A stretch of 29,628 nt of DNA from Lysobacterales bacterium. GTDB lineage: Bacteria > Pseudomonadota > Gammaproteobacteria > Xanthomonadales > SZUA-5. Under the pieces are notes generated by a model, which was given only the letters and a program-made list of their open reading frames with translations, did not search any database and was not told where the DNA came from. Location: assembly GCA_022844165.1 (NCBI GenBank), contig JALHMH010000048.1, forward strand, positions 1-29,628, in the 5' to 3' direction. The position numbers and the translations under genes are program-made. This document shows positions 18,323 through 25,622 of the stretch, piece by piece (within the stretch, counting starts at the first letter, position 1; each line of letters opens with the position of its first letter).

Positions 18323-18583
18323 ATGCAAAGCGTGAGTCGAATTACAACGCAAGGTCAGGTATCGGTGCCGGCGGCGATCCGCAAGGCGCTGGGCGTGGGG
18401 CCGGGGGGAGCGATTCGGTGGGAGTTGGTTGGCGATCGCATCATTGTGACGCGGGCGACGCAGTTTTCCAGCGAGGACATTCACCGCGCGGTGTTCGGCG
18501 CCGCCAAGCCGAAGCGCAAGTCGCTGCGCGAGCTGAAGCAGGGCATCGCGAACGACATGCGCAAACGCTATGCGCGCGGTTGA
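18323..18583 (+). CDS. AbrB/MazE/SpoVT-family antitoxin
   Basis: SRITTQGQVSVPAAIRKALGVGPG AbrB motif; overlaps the PIN gene. Confidence 0.9.
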   Translation: MQSVSRITTQGQVSVPAAIRKALGVGPGGAIRWELVGDRIIVTRATQFSSEDIHRAVFGAAKPKRKSLRELKQGIANDMRKRYARG

Positions 18584-18950
18584 TACCAATGTGCTGGTTC
18601 GCCTCATCGCTCGCGATGACGAACGCCAGACGGCGGCGGCCGACGCTTTCGTTGAGCCTGGCGCTTTCGTGTCGCACCTGGTGTTGGCGGAGACCATCTG
18701 GGTGCTCAGGAGCGTTTTCGGATTGACCGCCAAACAGCAGACGGATGTGGTTGCGATGCTGTTGGCGCATCGGAGCCTGTCGGTGGAAAGGCCGGATGTG
18801 GTTGCGTCGGCACTGGCCCAGTTTAGGGCCAACACGCGTCTGAGCTTTACCGACTGTCTGGTTGTTGAGATTGCCCGATCTGTGGGGCATTTGCCTGTCG
18901 GCACTTTCGACCGTGCGTTGGGGCGCGTTGAGGGTGCGGAGCGCCTGTAG
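18570..18950 (+). CDS. vapC: VapC/PIN toxin
   Basis: AVDTNVLVR, VLAETIWVL, SFTDCL, GTFDR: acidic PIN tetrad intact. Confidence 0.92.
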   Translation: MRAVDTNVLVRLIARDDERQTAAADAFVEPGAFVSHLVLAETIWVLRSVFGLTAKQQTDVVAMLLAHRSLSVERPDVVASALAQFRANTRLSFTDCLVVEIARSVGHLPVGTFDRALGRVEGAERL

Positions 18951-19053
18951 GTCGCGTTTCGATCGCAACATTGCTGCCAAACTCACGCGATGAGTTGTGC
19001 GCAGCGACGCAGCGCGAGTCAGTTTCGCTGCTCGCCGAGTACCGCCAATCACG

Positions 19054-19250
19054 TTACTCCGCCCTAAGCGCCAATGCCGGGTGTTGTGCGGCGGCGTGGC
19101 GGGCGGGCAGCCAGGACGCGACGGCTGCGGTGGCGATGAGCAGCAGGGTGGATGCGGCGAGCGAGATGGGGTCCCAGGGTTGCACGCCGAGCACGGCCGC
19201 GCGCAGCGAGGTTGCGGCCAGGGCGTAGGTGATGAGCCCTGAGGCGATGC
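19054..19250 (-). pseudogene. Orphan 3' end of a MacB-like ABC permease paralog
   Basis: GIASGLITYALAATSLRAAVLGVQPWDPISLAASTLLLIATAAVASWLPARHAAAQHPALALRAE* aligns with the C-terminus encoded at 25623-25820, with a long identical core. Confidence 0.9.
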
Positions 19251-19553
19251 CTATGGCAGCGAAGCGCTTCTCGATATGGGCGCAAAGGCAGTCGACAGCG
19301 TGGTACTGGATGGCGACGCGCATCTGGTATTTGATGGCGTTCGCCTGCCGCTGCCGAATGTGTATATCGCGTGCGGTGAAGAGGAGGTGCTCAGACGAGC
19401 AAACCTGGACGAGAGCGAAAACCGAGCAGGCGATGCGCAGAGCGGGCATGCTGCCGACCGAATAGCGCCTGGTGGCATACGAGCGATCGACCATTTTGCG
19501 GATGGTTGCCTGGCTCGTGCGCAAACCTGAAGCCCCGAGGCGCACGAAGACAA

Positions 19554-19626
19554 GCCAGAGCGTCAGCCCTGGGTGATGCATAGAGAGACCAGCGACACAA
19601 TTGTCTCGCCCCAACAGGGGCTCATC
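19554..19626 (+). repeat. Degenerate REP-like left end of the IS200-type element
   Basis: GCCAGAGCGTCAGCCCTGGGT...GCCCCAACAGGGGCTCATC parallels CCCAGGGCGCAAGCCCTGGGT...GCCCTGAAAGGGCGACATC at 21312-21373. Confidence 0.6.
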
Positions 19627-19645
19627 GTTTTCCTGTGTTCGTGAC

Positions 19646-20296
19646 TTACGGGCACGACACCGCCGGATCGAATGGCTTGCCTTTGGTCTTCGCCCAGTTC
19701 GCCACAAAGGCTTCGTACGCAGCTCGCTTTTGTTCCACGTACCCCGCCGGGAATAAGCGCGCAGCGTCCTTCGCTGGCACGTCCATCACCTTTCGAGACG
19801 TGCAGGCTTCGCTGACTTCTACGTGATCTTTGCGCGACTGTTCTGCCTGGGCCAGCTGCTCAGCCAAACCCCCCATGGTCTGATCGTGTTGCTTTTGCCG
19901 AGCTTGCTGCTCGCGCATCGCATGGGTTTCTCGCACCGATCCGCCCTTGCATTGCCCAACGTCGAAATTCTTACCGGTGAGCTGACGGTAATGCGTCTGG
20001 AACTTCGCCAACTCCTGGCGCGCGTCTCGAGCGAGTTGGATCTCAGCCTGGCTTAGCACAGTGTCCAACTCGCGCTGCACGGCGTGGCGTTTCGCATCTT
20101 CAATCTTCTGTCCGGCAACCGCTTCAACCGGAACGCCTTCACCCGTTGAATGTGGCGAATTCAGAGTTCGATGGTGCGCCATGCAGACGTTGGCCTCGGC
20201 ATCGTCGAGCTCGCCAATTGCAGGCTGCGCGCCAAGCGACCCGGAGGCCGAGGCAAGCACGGAAATGACGATCATCGATAACCGTAGGTCTCTCAT
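19646..20296 (-). CDS. Secreted hypothetical protein, 216 aa
   Basis: GAGG RBS, signal-peptide-like N-terminus, helical Q/E/A-rich body, four Cys. No family recognised. Confidence 0.65.
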   Translation of the reverse strand: MRDLRLSMIVISVLASASGSLGAQPAIGELDDAEANVCMAHHRTLNSPHSTGEGVPVEAVAGQKIEDAKRHAVQRELDTVLSQAEIQLARDARQELAKFQTHYRQLTGKNFDVGQCKGGSVRETHAMREQQARQKQHDQTMGGLAEQLAQAEQSRKDHVEVSEACTSRKVMDVPAKDAARLFPAGYVEQKRAAYEAFVANWAKTKGKPFDPAVSCP

Positions 20297-20396
20297 GGGT
20301 AAGCCTCGCAGACCATCAAGTGAACTGTCCGTCCCGATGAACGCATGGTCGCGTTACGACTGTTCGTTCGCTCGACAGTATGGTGCGCCATAACGG

Positions 20397-20473
20397 TTGG
20401 CGCAGTCCCTGGCGGAGTCTCGTCTGCATGGTGTTTTTTGCCAAGAACCGGTAACCCACGACATTCGCGACGG
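20397..20473 (+). pseudogene. 5' remnant of IS200-type tnpA
   Basis: TTGGCGCAGTCCCTGGCGGA...GACATTCGCGA aligns with ATGGCGCAGTCGCTGGCGGA...GACGTTCGCGA at 21375-21460. Confidence 0.7.
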
Positions 20474-20496
20474 CGTGCGACGAAGGCTTCAACCTG

Positions 20497-20904
20497 TCAG
20501 GCCACCCAATCCTCAACCCGCAGTCCGACGATTCGCTGAAACTCTCGAGTGTTGTGGGTCACCAGGCAGGCATCCTCGGCCAGCGCATGGCATGCAATCC
20601 ACAAGTCGTTTGCGCCAATCGGCGTGCCGGCTTCCTTCAGGCGCGTGAATTGCTCTGCGTAATGGCGGCAAATGGCGACGCCCGTGGGATAAATCACCGT
20701 CACCTGACGGGCCAGTGTGTCGAGCCTGCGCAAGACGTCAGGTTTACGGGTACTACGCTCGGCACCCTTGAGCAGTTCGGCCCAGGTGATGAAAGACATG
20801 CATAGCTGATCGTGGTCACCCAGCGCATTGATGCGTTGCGCAACCGTCGGTGGATGGTTCTTGATCAGATAAATCAGGATGTTTGTGTCGAGCAGGTAGA
20901 TCAC
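20497..20904 (-). CDS. vapC: VapC/PIN toxin
   Basis: YLLDTNILIY, ITWAELLKG, PIGANDLWIACHA, LVTHNTREFQRI. Confidence 0.95.
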   Translation of the reverse strand: MIYLLDTNILIYLIKNHPPTVAQRINALGDHDQLCMSFITWAELLKGAERSTRKPDVLRRLDTLARQVTVIYPTGVAICRHYAEQFTRLKEAGTPIGANDLWIACHALAEDACLVTHNTREFQRIVGLRVEDWVA

Positions 20905-21164
20905 ATCGCCTCGCGCTCCTGCAAGGGCGGGGCTGCCGCCTGCTGAGATTCCAGGGCAGCGATGAAGGCATCGTCGATCTCGCCCAGCGCTTGTAAGGCC
21001 CGAAGCAGCGCGTCCCCGCGATCGGCACGCAAAGGACGGATCACCAGATCGCCGTGTTCGTTTCTAGAGATGCAAACGCGGTCCGTGTCGAGCCGAAATT
21101 CAGCCGGAATGCGCACGGCCTGACTATTGCCGTTGTTGAACACTCGGGAAGTCAGTGAGCTCAT
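20901..21164 (-). CDS. vapB: VapB (AbrB/VagC-type) antitoxin
   Basis: SRVFNNGNSQAVRIPAEFRL motif. GGAG RBS before ATG 21164; 4-nt overlap with vapC. Confidence 0.93.
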   Translation of the reverse strand: MSSLTSRVFNNGNSQAVRIPAEFRLDTDRVCISRNEHGDLVIRPLRADRGDALLRALQALGEIDDAFIAALESQQAAAPPLQEREAM

Positions 21165-21248
21165 GGCCAGACTCCATGTGTGTACTGCAATGTATGTATT
21201 TTGCCCGCAGATGGAGCTGCGCGCAATGTTTCGGAATCGACAGGAAAG

Positions 21249-21304
21249 GCGCAGGTGACCTTTGGGATTAGATTTCGCCGCTCCATGAAAACGGGCGCTA
21301 ACCC
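21249..21304 (+). pseudogene. 3' remnant of IS200-type tnpA plus part of its downstream end
   Basis: GCGCAGGTGA-CCTTTGGGATTAGATTTCG..GCTCCATGA..AACGGGCGCTAACCC matches 21796-21873 (...LWD* and flank) with small deletions. Confidence 0.8.
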
Positions 21305-21310
21305 GCGCTA

Positions 21311-21373
21311 ACCCAGGGCGCAAGCCCTGGGTAAGACCGCCAGATCCCAAGAGAGCCCTGAAAGGGCGACATC
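21311..21373 (+). repeat. REP-like hairpin end upstream of tnpA
   Basis: ACCCAGGGC-GCAA-GCCCTGGGT and GCCCT-GAA-AGGGC hairpins, inverted relative to 21830-21916. Confidence 0.85.
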
Positions 21374-21374
21374 A

Positions 21375-21824
21375 ATGGCGCAGTCGCTGGCGGAAATCCT
21401 CGTCCACGTCGTGTTCTCGACCATGAACCGAGAACCGGTGCTGTCCGATGACGTTCGCGATGAGCTGCATGCCTATGGCGGTTTCGTCGAAAACCACGGT
21501 GGCGCACTGCTCAAGGCAGGTTCGGTTTCGGACCACGTGCACCTGTTGATCTCGCATCCGCGCACGTGCTCGCCGTCGGCGTTGGTCGGGCAAATCAAGG
21601 TGGGCACGACGCTCTGGCTCAAGTCCAAAACGCCGACGTTGGCTGACTTCCACTGGCAGGCCGGCTACGGCATGTTTTCGATCAGTCCATCCCATCGAAA
21701 AGCGCTGGAGCGATACATCGGCGCTCAAGCCGAACACCACCGCACCGTAACATTTCAAGACGAGTTCCGGCGCCTCCTTGATCGGTACGGCGTGAGCGCA
21801 GATGAACGCTACCTTTGGGACTAG
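21375..21824 (+). CDS. tnpA: IS200/IS605-family HUH (Y1) transposase TnpA
   Basis: VHVVFST, DHVHLLI (HUH), FHWQAGYGMFSIS and YIGAQAEHH (catalytic Tyr, YxxxQ). No tnpB follows. Confidence 0.92.
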   Translation: MAQSLAEILVHVVFSTMNREPVLSDDVRDELHAYGGFVENHGGALLKAGSVSDHVHLLISHPRTCSPSALVGQIKVGTTLWLKSKTPTLADFHWQAGYGMFSISPSHRKALERYIGAQAEHHRTVTFQDEFRRLLDRYGVSADERYLWD

Positions 21825-21829
21825 ATTTC

Positions 21830-21916
21830 GTTTCGCCCTTTCAGGGCTCCATGATGAGAACGGGCGCTGACCCAGGGCTTGCGCCCTGGGCTATTGCATT
21901 GCGCCCCTGCGGGGCT
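21830..21916 (+). repeat. REP-like three-hairpin end downstream of tnpA
   Basis: GCCCT-TTC-AGGGC, CCCAGGGC-TTGC-GCCCTGGG and GCCCC-TGC-GGGGC. Confidence 0.88.
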
Positions 21917-21921
21917 GGGTT

Positions 21922-22179
21922 TTGCCGACGCTGACGAGGGCACAACGCAACAGGCGGGGTATTCGAGATGCGTTGGCTGGAATCCTCGGAAAGGAATCTG
22001 CGCCTCCTGAAGCTCGCGGCATCTGCAAAGTCCTCTTGTCTGAGCCCATGGTTGCGAGCGATCAGAATCTGCGAGAAATGGGCAGTGTCCCAGCAGTGAA
22101 AATGCTGCAAGCATTGCAAGGGTCCCTCGATTGCAATCGAGTCCTGCCTTTGATGTCTTTCTCTTCCGCTAGCCGATGA
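21922..22179 (+). pseudogene. Possible C-terminal remnant (or small ORF) translationally coupled to the GNAT-PIN gene
   Basis: Open frame from the REP boundary whose TGA overlaps the next ATG (ATGA, 22176-22179). No convincing start or RBS. Confidence 0.35.
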
Positions 22180-24194
22180 ACGATCTCGTCGTCGAATCCG
22201 TGCCCCTCGGCTCCGAGTCGCTGGGTCAAGTTTGGGAACTTTATCGCAGGAACTCACGCACTCTGGGGTTCCTTCCGCGAGGAGCTTTTGATGAGTTCGC
22301 GCACGCCGGTTGCATCGTTGCAGCCAGTATTGCAACAAGGTTGGTCGGTTACTGCGCATGGCGACTCGCCGCAAACCACGCCATCCTTGTCCACCTATGC
22401 GTTGCGGAAGAGCATCGCGGTTTAGGCGCATCGGGGCGACTACTGACGCAGCTATTTGAACAGACCAAGGAGTGTGCGGTCGTCCGCCTTCGTTGCCGGA
22501 AGGATTACACGTCAGCCAACGGCCTTTGGCTGCGACACGGGTTCGCAGTAGATCGCGAGTTATCGGGTCGTGGCGCGGACTCGATGCCGCTACTTGAATG
22601 GCGACGAATCAACTTTGATGACGCTCCACTGCTTAGTGAAATCGCGAGAGCGACGACGGCAACTCACATCATCGCGATAGATGCGAACGTCTTTTTTGAT
22701 CTGCTGGATACCGAAGCCACTCACCACGAAGAAAGTCAGGCGCTTCTGGCTGATTGGCTAGACGACTTGGACGTGTGCGTCACACGCGAACTCAAAAACG
22801 AGATATCGCGCCAAGAGAGTGGTAAGCGACGCGGGCAATCGCTTGCTTTTGCCCATCGCTTTCGCGAATTGCAGTGTCCGCCGAATGCGCTCGACGATGC
22901 GCTCAGTCAGATCGGGTCAGTGCTTCCCAAGCCAGTTAATGATTCGGATCACTCTGATCGCCGTCAGCTCGTTCATGCATGGGTGGGTGGCGCCCGAATT
23001 TTCGCGACTCGCGACACAACGCTACTCGATCACGCGAACAGCCTCAGCACAATCACGGGGCTTGCAGTTGTGCGTCCAAGTGATGCGGTGGCAATTGTGC
23101 ATAGCGCGGGTCAAGGCGCCAACTACGCCCCTGTTCGTCTGCGTGGCACTGAGCTGATTCGCCGGCCTCCTCAGTCGGAAAAAGAGCTACTGCCGTTCCA
23201 GCGATTTGCGGTCGCCGAAGAAAAGGCAGCTTGGCTGGCATCTATTCGCTCAGCCTCGGCTGCCAGGGACCGCTGCACAATAGAGGTCATTGGGGAAGTC
23301 GATAAAGCTCCTCGGCTCGCGATAGCAATCGATTGGTCCGCTCCTGACGAATTGCATATTCGATTTCTTCGAGCACTGAGTGGTTCGCTGACAGCGACAC
23401 TGCTTCGACGTGCGCTTTCAGATGTGCTGGTATCCGCCTGTGAATCACGACGGGCTCGCGTGACCATTGACGATCCTGGGTCAGGCGAAGTCCTCGACGC
23501 TTTGAATGATCTTGGATTTGAGAAATTGAGGGACGGGCTGCTCGTTCGGCACGTATTGGTGGGCTTAGTAGGGCTCGACGACGCGCGCCGTGCAGTTCGC
23601 GAACTGAGTGCGGACAGCACTAATGCCGTAAAGTTCTCAGCCGTTGAGCTTGAAGCGAAGTATTGGCCGCTTAAGGTTGTCGGCGCGGGGATTCCCACTT
23701 ATGTCATTCCTATTCAGCCCTACTGGGCAGCCTCACTTTTCGATCAGCAGCTTGCAGATCAGGAGCTATTCGGGGTTCCAATTCCTCCCGCGCTCGCGTT
23801 GGAGAATGTCTACTTCTCCGCTTCGAACGTACGCATAGCGAGGGGTAGTAGAATTCTGTGGTACGTCAGTGGCAAAGTTGGCGCTGTGCGGGCAGTCTCG
23901 ATTTGTCTTGAAACGATCACCGACACAGCAGCTGCATTGTCGCGGAAATACCACCGGCTTGGCGTCTATGACTGGCGACAGATACTCAGTGCCGCGCACG
24001 GTAAGCCAGATGGACGCCTGCGTGCATATCGTTTCGATCGGACTGAGCTATTGATCAAGCCGATTCCGTGGAGTCGCCTTAAGGAACTCGTGATGCTTCA
24101 TACCAGAACCCGAAACCGCATTCCGTCACCGATTCGAGTTCCGGAGGGACTGTTCGCCGATGTCTATCGCGCAGGCACGGATGCATCCGCATGA
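22176..24194 (+). CDS. Multidomain GNAT acetyltransferase - PIN nuclease - GNAT-like - PUA/ASCH-like protein, 672 aa
   Basis: GNAT: LVHLCVAEEHRGLGAS...ANGLWLRHGF. PIN: IAIDANVFFD, RELKNEI, SDRRQL, FATRD. Second GNAT-like stretch ends ALNDLGFEK. C-terminal VIPIQPYWAASLF...ENVYF...GSRILWYVS resembles PUA-fold domains. Confidence 0.8.
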   Translation: MNDLVVESVPLGSESLGQVWELYRRNSRTLGFLPRGAFDEFAHAGCIVAASIATRLVGYCAWRLAANHAILVHLCVAEEHRGLGASGRLLTQLFEQTKECAVVRLRCRKDYTSANGLWLRHGFAVDRELSGRGADSMPLLEWRRINFDDAPLLSEIARATTATHIIAIDANVFFDLLDTEATHHEESQALLADWLDDLDVCVTRELKNEISRQESGKRRGQSLAFAHRFRELQCPPNALDDALSQIGSVLPKPVNDSDHSDRRQLVHAWVGGARIFATRDTTLLDHANSLSTITGLAVVRPSDAVAIVHSAGQGANYAPVRLRGTELIRRPPQSEKELLPFQRFAVAEEKAAWLASIRSASAARDRCTIEVIGEVDKAPRLAIAIDWSAPDELHIRFLRALSGSLTATLLRRALSDVLVSACESRRARVTIDDPGSGEVLDALNDLGFEKLRDGLLVRHVLVGLVGLDDARRAVRELSADSTNAVKFSAVELEAKYWPLKVVGAGIPTYVIPIQPYWAASLFDQQLADQELFGVPIPPALALENVYFSASNVRIARGSRILWYVSGKVGAVRAVSICLETITDTAAALSRKYHRLGVYDWRQILSAAHGKPDGRLRAYRFDRTELLIKPIPWSRLKELVMLHTRTRNRIPSPIRVPEGLFADVYRAGTDASA

Positions 24195-24817
24195 GTCGCA
24201 TTGCGGTCTTGCTATCGTTGAAGCCTGAGTTTGCGAGCAAGATCGCCACAGGGTTGAAGACAATCGAGCTTCGACGAAGATTTCCTTCGGTTCCAGTGGG
24301 GGCATGGATATATTTTTACGTAACGCTACCGGTAGGTGCAGTTACTGGTCGATCCAAGGTGGCACAAGTCGATGTCGCGCCCCCCCTGGTTATCTGGAGG
24401 CAGTATCGGACAAGGACTGGCTTAACGCGAGCCCGCTTTGACGAGTACTTCCAGGGCAAGAAAGCGGGCTTCGCAGTCAGCCTCACTGACTACGAAGCTC
24501 TTGCGCCTGTCCATCTCAGCCGTCTGCGCATTGAACTTGAGGGATTCGTAGCGCCGCAGGGTTATCGATTCCTTGATGCTGCAGATCAGAAAGTCATTCT
24601 CTCGGGTTCGATGTCTATGCAGACCCAAATTTCAACTGAAAACGGGACTTCTTCCGGTCCGCGGCCACACAATCCGGATGTGTCAGTTCAACAACCGTTT
24701 ACTGGCCAGGACATTCGCCGTGCAGCGTTTGGTGCAGCCAAGCCTAAGCGCAAGTCGCTGCTCGAGTTGAAGCAGAGCAACCCGAACGACGTGCGCAAAC
24801 GCTTTGCGCGCGGTTGA
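24191..24817 (+). CDS. ASCH-domain protein with an antitoxin-derived C-terminal tail
   Basis: LLSLKPEFASKIATGLKTIELRR (GxKxxExR), YVTLPVGAVTG, APQGYRFL. ATGA overlap with the upstream gene. The last ~40 aa match the 18323 antitoxin C-terminus. Confidence 0.85.
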   Translation: MSRIAVLLSLKPEFASKIATGLKTIELRRRFPSVPVGAWIYFYVTLPVGAVTGRSKVAQVDVAPPLVIWRQYRTRTGLTRARFDEYFQGKKAGFAVSLTDYEALAPVHLSRLRIELEGFVAPQGYRFLDAADQKVILSGSMSMQTQISTENGTSSGPRPHNPDVSVQQPFTGQDIRRAAFGAAKPKRKSLLELKQSNPNDVRKRFARG

Positions 24818-24886
24818 TGGCAATGTGCCGTTCGCCCGATGGGTCGCGGTGACGTACGCTTGACGGCGGCGGCCGACGCTTTGTTT
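24695..24886 (+). repeat. Diverged copy of the antitoxin 3' half plus a dead vapC 5' stub
   Basis: Aligns to 18461-18653. The toxin ATG has become TTG, DTN has become DGN, and a 1-nt deletion follows. Confidence 0.88.
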
Positions 24887-24923
24887 GTGGCGTCGAGCAT
24901 CCAACGCAATCCGTTATCGCAGG

Positions 24924-25484
24924 CTAGGGTTTTTCGAACTCAACCTGCTGATAGATGTGTTTCAGCAGGAGTGAGCAACCCGGGCAATCGAGTGCGATTT
25001 CGTCGTCCAGGTTGACGTAGGTTTCGAGCAACCAGGCGGACTCTTTGCGTCGATACAGGTCGACCTGGACGCGGTCCTGGGCGATCAGCAGGTAGTTCAA
25101 CAGGGTGCCGATCTGGCGATAGTTGTAGAGCTTCTCGCCGCGGTCGATGCGTTCGGTCGACTCGCTCAACACTTCAGCGATCAGACAAGGTACTTCCGTG
25201 TAATGCGTGGGTGCGTCGTTTTCGCACACGACCATGACATCGGGGTAATAGACGACCTCGGAGACGCGAACGCGCATATCGGCTACATATGTCGCACAAC
25301 CTTCGTCTGATGCGGCGGTATCCAGCGCCTTAGCCACATTCAGCGAAATTCGCGCGTGACGCTTGCTTCCGCCCGCCATCGCGAATAGATGTCCGGCAGC
25401 ATACTCATGGCGGATCGGGCCGCTCTCCTCGGCTTGCAGATAGTCGGCCATTGAGATGGGCGGCATCGCGACTGCGTTGCCCAT
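24924..25484 (-). CDS. Uma2/DUF820-family PD-(D/E)XK endonuclease-like protein
   Basis: RHEYAAG..FAMAGGSKRHARI, YYPDVMVVC, PCLIAEVLSESTERIDRGEK. Confidence 0.93.
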   Translation of the reverse strand: MGNAVAMPPISMADYLQAEESGPIRHEYAAGHLFAMAGGSKRHARISLNVAKALDTAASDEGCATYVADMRVRVSEVVYYPDVMVVCENDAPTHYTEVPCLIAEVLSESTERIDRGEKLYNYRQIGTLLNYLLIAQDRVQVDLYRRKESAWLLETYVNLDDEIALDCPGCSLLLKHIYQQVEFEKP

Positions 25485-25622
25485 GACAGGAACTCTAAGC
25501 GGCTGTGCTGAAAATCGTACCCCAATTCGGCGGCGTTCGCGTGCGATCCTCGGAGTGGCGGTGCAGCGGTCGTGTGCTTCAGCGAAGGCGCGGATTTCGT
25601 CGGATCACATCGAGCCTTGCAC

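Noticed and set aside
19251-19465. Possible hydrolase or protease gene fragment (ALLDMGA, LPNVYIACGEEEVL)
   Set aside because: It looks coding but is too short and frame-broken to assign a family.
19054-19707. 217-aa ORF as a real permease gene
   Set aside because: Only the last ~65 codons are permease-like; the rest crosses a REP-like end and unrelated sequence.
20384-20403. GCGCCATAACGGTTGGCGC hairpin as an attC/gene-cassette boundary for the 216-aa gene
   Set aside because: Too short, wrong position relative to the gene, and its right arm is explained by the tnpA 5' remnant.
21165-21350. 149-aa long version of vapB
   Set aside because: The extension reads through REP hairpins and the tnpA remnant; the RBS supports ATG 21164.
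21824-22176. TnpB/IscB or omega-RNA associated with tnpA
   Set aside because: No RuvC or zinc-finger ORF follows; the downstream hairpins match the REP-like ends.
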